The notes under the pieces were generated by a model. The model had not been told where the DNA came from and searched no databases. It worked only from the letters and a program-made list of their open reading frames with translations. The translations under genes and the position numbers were made by a program. This document shows, in pieces, positions 49,563 to 57,561 of a stretch of 64,000 nt of DNA (positions are counted from its first letter, which is position 1; each line of letters begins with the position of its first letter). The DNA lies in the NCBI GenBank assembly GCA_045543395.1, contig JAZQML010000060.1:34790-98789 (forward strand). Reading direction: 5' to 3'. The stretch is from Alistipes sp. (GTDB lineage Bacteria; Bacteroidota; Bacteroidia; Bacteroidales; Rikenellaceae).

Positions 49563-50522
49563 ATGAAATACGATGTATTTATAAGTTACTCGCGAAAGGA
49601 TATAGATGTTGCCACCCGCATCTGTAAAGCCTTCGATAAATTTGGTATAACTTACTTTATCGATCTTAAAGGTATTGGTGGAGGCTTTGAGTTTCCCGAT
49701 GTGTTGGCTCATAATATAGTAGACTCTACGCTGTTTTTGTTTCTTGCAAGCGAACATTCTTACAAATCTAAATTTACAACAGGAGAGATAACCTTTGCGT
49801 TTAACAAGAAGGCAAAAAATAGTATTATTCCATATATAATTGACGGCTCAACTCTTCCATTAAATCTTGAGTTTATCTTTGCCAGCATAAATTGGCGAAC
49901 TATCAACGAGCATCCGATTGAAACGACTCTTGTGTTGGATATTCTTAAACTATTAGGTCGTGAGTGCGAAATCGGTAAAGAATATTTAGAAAAGAGATAC
50001 AAAGTTGGCGACTACTACGATGACGGCAAGAAGCAAGGCGTGGTATTCGAGGTTTCTGCCGATGGCAAACACGGAAAGATTGTAAGCCTTACGGAGTCGA
50101 GCAATGAGTTGCGTTGGTCGTCCGATAGCAAAGAGAGAAATCGCTTGATTGGGGCAGATGATAAGATGAATGGCGCAAACAATATGGCAAAGGTAAAGGC
50201 TATTGCGGGGTGGCGCGAGAAATACCCGGCATTTGTTTGGTGCGCCGACTTGGGCGAAGGATGGTATCTGCCTGCTATAGATGAGTTGGATCTATTTACT
50301 CTTAATGGTAAAATCCGCAATGCGGTAAATCGTACATTGGCAACCAGAGGTACAAAATTGGCTGAAGGTGGAACAAATTGGCGGTATTGGTCGTCAACGG
50401 AAAGTAACTATAAATATTTTGATGGTGAGTTTTGCATGTGGGGCTTCCCTATGAGCCGTGTCCTCACCGGCTACGACTATAAGAGCGACTACCGCTATGT
50501 GCGTGCTGTGTCCGCTTTTTAG
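49563..50522 (+). CDS. TIR domain fused to DUF1566/Lcl-like C-terminal domain
   Basis: YDVFISYSRKD, S..S.KSKFTTGEI; C-term YKVGDYY..GVVF..G.HG, WYLPAIDEL, YWSSTE, VRAVSAF; AT-rich. Confidence 0.85.
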   Translation: MKYDVFISYSRKDIDVATRICKAFDKFGITYFIDLKGIGGGFEFPDVLAHNIVDSTLFLFLASEHSYKSKFTTGEITFAFNKKAKNSIIPYIIDGSTLPLNLEFIFASINWRTINEHPIETTLVLDILKLLGRECEIGKEYLEKRYKVGDYYDDGKKQGVVFEVSADGKHGKIVSLTESSNELRWSSDSKERNRLIGADDKMNGANNMAKVKAIAGWREKYPAFVWCADLGEGWYLPAIDELDLFTLNGKIRNAVNRTLATRGTKLAEGGTNWRYWSSTESNYKYFDGEFCMWGFPMSRVLTGYDYKSDYRYVRAVSAF

Positions 50523-50550
50523 AAATTAGGCTTTTGGCTTTCAAACTTTT

Positions 50551-50588
50551 ACCCTCCGCAGTAGTTCTGCGGAGGGTTTGTTTTTTTG
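50551..50588 (+). terminator. Intrinsic terminator after TIR gene
   Basis: ACCCTCCGCAG-TAGTT-CTGCGGAGGGT plus T-run. Confidence 0.85.
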
Positions 50589-50604
50589 TAGGGCGGGTAA
50601 GATA

Positions 50605-50753
50605 AGGAATTTAATGAGTTTAATGAGTTTAATGAGTTTAATGAGTTTAAGGAGTTTAAGGAGTTTAAGGAAATTAGTGATGTGTCTTTCTCTAAATTCT
50701 CTATATTCCCTATATTCCCTAAAAGATAGTGGCTAATGGCTAATGGCTAATAG
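50605..50753. repeat. Inverted nonamer arrays (ATGAGTTTA/AGGAGTTTA vs TATTCCCTA) plus TGGCTAA x3
   Basis: Same unit types as 2268-2410 and 23586-23694. Confidence 0.85.
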
Positions 50754-50775
50754 TCCATCAAAAACTACTCACTAC

Positions 50776-51144
50776 TCACTTTTTGAAAATAAAGAACACT
50801 GCCAAGACAAGGCAGGCGAAGCCGGCGATATGGTTCCAGCGGAGTGCCTCGTTTTTCATAATCATCTGCACGACAACGGCAAAGACCGTAAGCGATACGA
50901 CCTCCTGAATAACCTTCAACTCCCAAATCGAGAAGGGTCCGCCATACTCGGCACTTCCGAGGCGGTTTGCCGGCACCATAAAGCAGTATTCGAAAAATGC
51001 CACTGCCCAACTGATAAAGATTACGGCTATCAAGCCTATGCGCTCGAATTTGCTCTTAAACATCACCTGACCATACCACGCCAAGGTCATAAAGAGGTTC
51101 GAGCATATCAAAAGTCCAACCGTAGAGAGTCCTTTTCCGATCAT
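50776..51144 (-). CDS. DMT family small membrane protein (DUF486-like)
   Basis: SN.FMT.AWYG, SW..AFFEY...VPANR, LKVIQEV. Confidence 0.9.
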   Translation of the reverse strand: MIGKGLSTVGLLICSNLFMTLAWYGQVMFKSKFERIGLIAVIFISWAVAFFEYCFMVPANRLGSAEYGGPFSIWELKVIQEVVSLTVFAVVVQMIMKNEALRWNHIAGFACLVLAVFFIFKK

Positions 51145-51157
51145 AATTTTTTGCTTT

Positions 51158-51183
51158 TAGCCATTAGCCATTGGCTATTGGCT
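51158..51183. repeat. Head-to-head heptamers TAGCCAT x2 / TGGCTAT x2
   Basis: Self-complementary; same unit at 2274, 4172, 23684, 50730. Confidence 0.75.
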
Positions 51184-51258
51184 GTTTTTCGCCGGCAAAA
51201 TTATTAAAAAGTTGGCGAATTGCGACCATTTTTACCGAAAAATAGATACTTTTGCGCT

Positions 51259-52050
51259 ATGAAATTTACTTTAATCACAGGAGCATCGTCGGGAATAGGG
51301 TTTGCGTACGCCGAGCAGTTTGCCGCCAGAGGCGAGAATATCGTTGTGGTGAGCAATCAGCGTGAACGCAACGAGGAGGTCGCTTCCAACTTGAAGCAAC
51401 GCTTTGGTGTGGAGGCTATTGCGTTGTATGCCGACCTCTCGAAGGCAGACTCTGCCGAGCAGATTTACGAGTGGTGCAAAGAGCAAAATATCGAGGTCGC
51501 AACCCTCGTCAGCAATGCGGGTATCTTGCAGTTCGGAATGTTTCTGCACACCAAACCCTCGATGGCGGAGTTTGTCACAAATCTCCACTGCGTAACCCCT
51601 TCGAAGTTGTGCCGTCTTTTTGGCGAGGATATGTGCCGTAGGGGAGAGGGGCGCATTCTGATTATGTCGTCGATGACGGCGTGGACTCCATATATTACGG
51701 TGTCGTACTACGCTGCCACAAAGGCGTATCTGAAAAGTTTTGCGCAGTCGTTGTGGTATGAGTTTCGCCCTTATGGTGTTACGGTTACTACGGTCTATCC
51801 GGGTGCAGTCGATACACCGCTCTACAACCTCGATGAGAAACAGCGCAAGTGGTTGCGTCGCTTTGGAGTGATGATGTCGGCAGAGAGGTTGGCAAAGGCG
51901 GGTATTCGTGCATTGGAGCGAGGTTGCCGCACCTCCACCCCTGGGTTGTTTACAAAGATTGCCGTAGGGGCTTGCCGTCTGCTTCCTGCACACGGGTTGT
52001 TGCCCGTACTGAAAATTCCTGCAATAAAACGAATACTCGAGAAGTTGTAA
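51259..52050 (+). CDS. SDR-family oxidoreductase
   Basis: TGASSGIG, NAG, SS, YAATK. Confidence 0.93.
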   Translation: MKFTLITGASSGIGFAYAEQFAARGENIVVVSNQRERNEEVASNLKQRFGVEAIALYADLSKADSAEQIYEWCKEQNIEVATLVSNAGILQFGMFLHTKPSMAEFVTNLHCVTPSKLCRLFGEDMCRRGEGRILIMSSMTAWTPYITVSYYAATKAYLKSFAQSLWYEFRPYGVTVTTVYPGAVDTPLYNLDEKQRKWLRRFGVMMSAERLAKAGIRALERGCRTSTPGLFTKIAVGACRLLPAHGLLPVLKIPAIKRILEKL

Positions 52051-52055
52051 AAACA

Positions 52056-52087
52056 AAAGGCTGCCGAAATTTCGGCAGCCTTTTTTC
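52056..52087. terminator. Bidirectional terminator
   Basis: AAAAGGCTGCCGAA-AT-TTCGGCAGCCTTTT. Confidence 0.85.
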
Positions 52088-52097
52088 ATAGTTTACG

Positions 52098-52289
52098 CTA
52101 CTGCTCCTCATCGGGGATGAGCAACCACATAATAATGTATACCCAGAGCGACATTCCGCAGAAGAGTATCAAACCAACCATTACTAAACGCAAGGCCGTT
52201 GCATCAATTCCAAGATACTTTGCCAAGCCTCCACATACTCCTGCAATTTTGCGATCTGTGGTCGAACGACGCAAAACTCTATTATCCAT
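52098..52289 (-). CDS. PspC domain protein
   Basis: L.RS.TDRKIAGVCGGLA.Y.GID. Confidence 0.93.
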   Translation of the reverse strand: MDNRVLRRSTTDRKIAGVCGGLAKYLGIDATALRLVMVGLILFCGMSLWVYIIMWLLIPDEEQ

Positions 52290-52350
52290 ATCCGTTTTCG
52301 TTTATTTATTTGTAGTTAGTTTTGTTGCAATGTTTAATTAAAGCGATGCT

Positions 52351-53694
52351 TTATGCGATTTCCCAGCGTCCGCCTTTGCCAAAGACCTTCTCTATCAACT
52401 CGTCGTAGAAGCCACCGCGACGTGCCAAATCAAACATATTCATACGCCAACGCATCAACTGCACAAATGGCAACATATCCTTCAACTGCTGACGTGTAAC
52501 ACCGATGTCGGCTGGGTCAGCCGGTGCGCCCACCTTACGGAAGCACTCCTGCATCTTTTCGAACGGGTAGACCTGCTTGCGGTATTGCGCCTTCAACAGC
52601 GGCCAATGCTTTTTGAAGAATGTAAGTTGCTCACGTACAGCCTCTTTGTCGTTGTACTTAATTGTGATTTGGTCGTAGCCCAAACGTGGCGATACGAAAT
52701 CTTTGAATATCTCGGTTGCACGTTGCTGCTCCTCTTCGAGCGATGGCCACGCCTCCACGCACTTCTCGACATCGAGGTTGCGGAGGTCCATATCGATAAG
52801 TGCATCGAAAAATGCGCACATTGTGAGCGTTCCGATTGCCACCTGAAAACCGTGTGACTGCAACTTTCCGTTGAAGGTGTGGTGAGTCATATCGAGGTAG
52901 TGGCTGAAAAGGTGGTCTGCACACGATGCAGGACGGCTCGAGCGAGCCGCTTGCATAGCAAAACCACTCAACGTAAGACCCTCGAACAGTGCCGCAATGG
53001 CATCCTTATCGCACGCTGCAACACCCTCCGGGTTGGCGAGTTGATCGTCGAGTACATCCTGCAAAACGTGCCAAGCCTCCGGAATAATAGCCTCGGCACC
53101 CATAGCGTCGGCAATCATCCATTCGCCACCGCAAGGAATCTTTGCTGCAAGGTCGGCATAACCGGCTGCGGTCATCTCCTTCGGTGCATTGGCAATAACA
53201 TCCACATCTGCCAAAATAGCCAATGGAGCAGGGCAGTCGAATGTTTGCTTCAAACCCTCGTAACTGATTGATGCACCGAACGATGAGTAGCCATCTACGG
53301 ATGCAGCGGTAGGGATAGTTAGGTACTGCTGGTGCAGGTGGTGCGAAGCGAGTTTGCAGAGGTCGTTTATTACGCCCGAACCCACCGAAACCATAATTGC
53401 GCCCGCCTCTTTGGCAGCCTCCTCGACCTCCATAACGTAGCACCATTCGGCGTGGAACTCATCTTGTTGAATAATATGCTTTACGGTGTCGATACCCGCA
53501 CTTACGAGGTGGTTGTAGACCTCCTCGCCCGCTACACGCCACGTATTTTTGTCGGCAATGACAATGGCGCGTGCATCGCCAAACTGCTCTTTGAAAATTG
53601 ATGGGGCAAGGTGCAATACTTTGCTGTCCATCTCGAAAACCTTGGTGTCGGTAGCAACCGCCAACGCTTTCGCAATGCGTTCCTTCGTTGTCAT
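52351..53694 (-). CDS. sn-glycerol-1-phosphate dehydrogenase (AraM/EgsA-like)
   Basis: GSGVINDLCK, PTAASVDG.SS, AG.ADL.AK, SRPASCADHL.SH, HG.QV. Confidence 0.85.
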   Translation of the reverse strand: MTTKERIAKALAVATDTKVFEMDSKVLHLAPSIFKEQFGDARAIVIADKNTWRVAGEEVYNHLVSAGIDTVKHIIQQDEFHAEWCYVMEVEEAAKEAGAIMVSVGSGVINDLCKLASHHLHQQYLTIPTAASVDGYSSFGASISYEGLKQTFDCPAPLAILADVDVIANAPKEMTAAGYADLAAKIPCGGEWMIADAMGAEAIIPEAWHVLQDVLDDQLANPEGVAACDKDAIAALFEGLTLSGFAMQAARSSRPASCADHLFSHYLDMTHHTFNGKLQSHGFQVAIGTLTMCAFFDALIDMDLRNLDVEKCVEAWPSLEEEQQRATEIFKDFVSPRLGYDQITIKYNDKEAVREQLTFFKKHWPLLKAQYRKQVYPFEKMQECFRKVGAPADPADIGVTRQQLKDMLPFVQLMRWRMNMFDLARRGGFYDELIEKVFGKGGRWEIA

Positions 53695-53708
53695 ATATAA
53701 TATATGTA

Positions 53709-55454
53709 TTAAGCGAGTTCCAATTCAGCCTTAATAGCCTCGATCTTTGCGTCGAGTTGGTTCTGTACATTCTCGAACTCCTCGACCGATGCCAATGGAG
53801 CCTTCACTCCGAAGTAGAACTTAATCTTTGGCTCTGTACCCGATGGGCGCACCGACACCTTTGTGCCGTTCTCGGTTACCCACTGCAATACGTTGCTCTT
53901 GTCGGTGATACCCGGGATAGGGCATACCTCGCCGGTTACGGTATTTTTCAACTCCAACGTCTTGTAGTCGTAAATCTCTACAACCTTCTCTCCTACGATC
54001 GACTGTGGAGGATTTGCTCGATACTCAACCATCATATTCTGAATCAACTCGGCACCATCCTTACCCTCGCGAACAACATTTACGAGTCCCTCGCGGTAGA
54101 AACCAAACTTCACATATAGGTCTTGCAACCACTCGTAGAGTGTTACACCCTTTGTGTCGCGGCACCAAGCGGCAGCCTCGGCAGCCAACGAACACGCCGA
54201 AACGCCATCCTTATCGCGAACGTAGTCGCCTGCGAGGTATCCGAACGACTCCTCGCCTCCACCGATATACTTCGCCTTACCCTCGTTCTCGCGGATAATC
54301 TTTGCGATAAACTTAAAGCCTGTGAGGCAGTTGTAGCATTTTACGCCATAAGCCTCGGCTACGGCGTCAGGCATCATCGAACTTACAATGGTCTTAACCA
54401 CATAGTCGCCATCCTTTATACGACCAAGTTCTGCCCAACGAGTGAGTTGGTAACACATCAAAAGCACCAAAGTCTGGTTTCCGTTCAACAGCACATACTC
54501 GCCTTTGCTGTTGCGCAACGCCAAGCCGATACGGTCGGAGTCGGGATCGGTAGCCATTGCGAGGTCTGCCTGCTCCTTCTCTGCCAAATCTATCGCCATC
54601 TTCATAGTTGGACGATTCTCCGGGTTTGGCGACTCAACAGTCGGGAAGTTGCCATCCAATACGGTCTGCTCCTTAACTGAAATAATATTTGTGAAACCAA
54701 AGTTGCGCAGCGAAGCAGGGGTAAGACGTACACCCGCACCGTGAAGTGGGGTATAGATAATCTTCATATCGTGGAAACGAGCCACGCTATCTGCCGAAAG
54801 TTGCAACTCCTTAATCTTTGCAAGGTACTTCTTGTCGAACTCCTCGTCGAGGATGGTGATGTTCTCGGCGTGCAGACCTGTCAGCACCTGCGATACCTCT
54901 GTGATTTTCTCAACCTCTTTGATAATATTAACATCGTGCGGGGATGTAACCTGCGAACCGTCGCTCCAATAAGCCTTATATCCGTTGTACTCCTTCGGGT
55001 TGTGCGATGCGGTAACCATAACGCCCGATTGGCAGTGCAACTCGCGAATAGCGAACGAGAGTTCCGGTGTTGGGCGCAACTCGTCGAAGAGGAATACTTT
55101 GAAGCCATTGGATGCGAATATGTCGGCAACGTGCTCTGCAAATGTGCGCGAGTTGTTGCGTGAGTCGTGAGCAATCGCTACTCGAATCTCCTCGCCCGGG
55201 AAGTTGATTTTGAGGTAGTTAGCCAAGCCCTGTGTGGCAAAACCTACGGTGTAGTTGTTCATTCGGTTGGTGCCTACGCCCATAATTCCGCGCAAACCAC
55301 CTGTACCAAATTCGAGGTCTTTGTAGAAACTCTCAACGAGTTCCTTCGGATTGTTATCAATCAAATTTTTAACCTCTTGGCGTGTAGCCTCGTCGAACTC
55401 TGTGCCAAGCCACTTCTCGGCCTTCGACATTACTAATTGTTGCAAGTTGTCCAT
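53709..55454 (-). CDS. pgm: Phosphoglucomutase/phosphomannomutase family
   Basis: FGTGGLRG, TASHNP, DPDSDR, GEES.G, RPSGTEPK. Confidence 0.93.
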   Translation of the reverse strand: MDNLQQLVMSKAEKWLGTEFDEATRQEVKNLIDNNPKELVESFYKDLEFGTGGLRGIMGVGTNRMNNYTVGFATQGLANYLKINFPGEEIRVAIAHDSRNNSRTFAEHVADIFASNGFKVFLFDELRPTPELSFAIRELHCQSGVMVTASHNPKEYNGYKAYWSDGSQVTSPHDVNIIKEVEKITEVSQVLTGLHAENITILDEEFDKKYLAKIKELQLSADSVARFHDMKIIYTPLHGAGVRLTPASLRNFGFTNIISVKEQTVLDGNFPTVESPNPENRPTMKMAIDLAEKEQADLAMATDPDSDRIGLALRNSKGEYVLLNGNQTLVLLMCYQLTRWAELGRIKDGDYVVKTIVSSMMPDAVAEAYGVKCYNCLTGFKFIAKIIRENEGKAKYIGGGEESFGYLAGDYVRDKDGVSACSLAAEAAAWCRDTKGVTLYEWLQDLYVKFGFYREGLVNVVREGKDGAELIQNMMVEYRANPPQSIVGEKVVEIYDYKTLELKNTVTGEVCPIPGITDKSNVLQWVTENGTKVSVRPSGTEPKIKFYFGVKAPLASVEEFENVQNQLDAKIEAIKAELELA

Positions 55455-55734
55455 AGTTAATTGAAATATAAATTTTGTTTATAATTTTTTCTAAAAGTAT
55501 TTGATTTTTTATCTCTGCAAATATACGAAAATTATTTGTAAATGTAGTGTATCAGCGAGTTAAAAATTGGGCGGTATAATTAAATTTTTATCTCCTTAAA
55601 AAATAATAATTAAAAAACAATAGTTGTGACGTTTTTTTTTCCACAATTTTATTTACACCTTTGCAAAGTCAAACCGATGAAACGTTCTGGTTTGGCATAT
55701 AAACTAACTCTAAACATTTTATTTTCAGACATTT

Positions 55735-57147
55735 ATGCTTGCAAACGCAACGACATATAACGATGCTTGGCAAAGTTGCCTTAGCGAGATCAAAACGAAG
55801 ACCTCGGCAGAGGAGTTTGCCCAGTGGTTTCTCCCAATAGAACCGTTGGAGTTCGATGGTGAACGACTACGCATCAAGGTGCCGGACCGCGACTTTGCAA
55901 AGACCATAGAGAACAACTATAGCCAAGTGTTGAAGCCTATTATTGCGCAACTTTTTGGTCGCGATACTCGCCTCTACTACGCTATACCAAAGAACAATCA
56001 TCCAATTGCTGTGCCAAGCGAAAGTGATGCAACATCGCCGGAACTTACGTTTAGTCAGCCAACCGACACGTCAAATATACGAAATCCTTTTGTAATTCCT
56101 GGCATAAATCGCCTACGAATTGAGCCGCAACTCAACAAAAATTACACTTTTGGCAATTTTGTCGAGGGAGATTGCAATCGTTTGGTGCGTTCGGCGGCTA
56201 TGTCGGTGTCGGTAAATCCGGGTAGTCATACGCCATTCAACCCGCTCTATATCTACGGAGATTCGGGTTTGGGCAAGACTCACGTTGCCCACGCAATAGG
56301 CAACGAGGTACGTCAGCGTTTTCCCGAGTTGCAGGTGTTGTATGTTGCGATGAGCAAATTTCAGGCGCAGTTCCAAGCGGCAACCATCAACCACGATGTG
56401 CCGAATTTCATTCACTACTATCAGGCGGTCGATGTTCTGATTTTGGACGATATTCAGGAGTTGTCGGGTAAGCCGGGTACGCAAAATGCCTTCTTCAACA
56501 TCTTTAATCACTTGCAGATGTCGGGTAAGCAGTTGGTGCTTATTTCGGATAAACCACCGGTGGAGTTGAAGGATATCGAGGAGCGACTTTTAACCCGATT
56601 TAAGTGGGGTTTGTCGGCAGAAATCCGCATTCCGGATTACGAAACAAAAGTCAAAATTATCTGCGCAAAAGCGAAGCAACTGAATGCCGAAATTCCAAAT
56701 GAAGTGGTTTCTTATTTAGCAGAGAATATCTCCGCTAATATCAGAGAGATAGAAGGTGCGATTTCTTCGCTTATTGCAAACGCTACGTTTATGAATAAGC
56801 GCATCACTATTGCGTTGGCAAAAGAGGTGTTGAAGGTCTATGTTTCGATGTATCAGAAGGAGGTTACAATCGAGCAGATTATCTCGACCGTTTGCGAGCA
56901 TTTGAATGTAGATCGTGAGCGTATGAATTCGTCGGAGCGAACTCGCGAGGTGGCTATTGCCCGCCAGTTGGCAATGTTCCTCGCCAAGAAGCACACCAAA
57001 CAGCCGCTAACCAATATTGGCGCTGCAATCGGTGGTCGCAACCACGCTACGGTATTGCACTCGTGCAAGACTATCTCGAACTTGATGGATACCGAAAAGT
57101 TGTTCCGTCAGCAGGTTGAGCAAATCGAAAAGATATTGTTGAGTTAG
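55735..57147 (+). CDS. dnaA: Chromosomal replication initiator DnaA
   Basis: NPLYIYG.SGLGKTH, DDIQ, RL.TRF.WGL, IG.AIGGRNHATV.HS. Confidence 0.98.
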   Translation: MLANATTYNDAWQSCLSEIKTKTSAEEFAQWFLPIEPLEFDGERLRIKVPDRDFAKTIENNYSQVLKPIIAQLFGRDTRLYYAIPKNNHPIAVPSESDATSPELTFSQPTDTSNIRNPFVIPGINRLRIEPQLNKNYTFGNFVEGDCNRLVRSAAMSVSVNPGSHTPFNPLYIYGDSGLGKTHVAHAIGNEVRQRFPELQVLYVAMSKFQAQFQAATINHDVPNFIHYYQAVDVLILDDIQELSGKPGTQNAFFNIFNHLQMSGKQLVLISDKPPVELKDIEERLLTRFKWGLSAEIRIPDYETKVKIICAKAKQLNAEIPNEVVSYLAENISANIREIEGAISSLIANATFMNKRITIALAKEVLKVYVSMYQKEVTIEQIISTVCEHLNVDRERMNSSERTREVAIARQLAMFLAKKHTKQPLTNIGAAIGGRNHATVLHSCKTISNLMDTEKLFRQQVEQIEKILLS

Positions 57148-57171
57148 TTTATGTAAAATACAGATAATGAG

Positions 57172-57204
57172 AAGAGTTGGAGTTTGGTTGCTCCAACTCT
57201 TTTT
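57172..57204 (+). terminator. dnaA terminator
   Basis: AAGAGTTGGAG...CTCCAACTCTT plus T-run. Confidence 0.8.
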
Positions 57205-57210
57205 ATGTTT

Positions 57211-57364
57211 CGGAATTATCTGCTTTAGGCGTGTACGCGTCATTGCGAGTCTTGGTACAAGACGTGGCAATCTCCTCGCTTAAATGTAGGTAGGAGATCC
57301 CCACGCTCACTCCATTCGCTCGGGATGACTTTCTGGCCTTATACGCCTAAAGTAGATAATTCCG
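57211..57364. mobile_element. 154-bp MITE with 25-bp TIRs and 8-bp target-site duplication (IS1595-like ends)
   Basis: TIRs CGGAATTATCTGCTTTAGGCGTGTA (57211-35) / TATACGCCTAAAGTAGATAATTCCG (57340-64), 2 mismatches; TTATGTTT at 57203-10 and 57365-72. Confidence 0.85.
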
Positions 57365-57561
57365 TTATGTTTGTAAAATGTTGCGCAAATTGTTATCTTA
57401 TTTTTTATAAAAATAACCTCCAAAATTTAGTTTCTTTTTGAAAATTGTATTATATTCGCACAATAATTGAATAAATGTACAAATTGAAGGCATAAAACTA
57501 CTTTTTATAACTAACAATTCACTTTTTCTAACATTTTAACAAACAAAAACCAAAAACAATT

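Noticed and set aside
55455-55734. oriC upstream of dnaA
   Set aside because: AT-rich, but I found only one degenerate DnaA box (TTTTCCACA near 55637) and no convincing skew switch by eye; dnaA is often unlinked from oriC in Bacteroidetes. A GC-skew/Ori-Finder run would be needed
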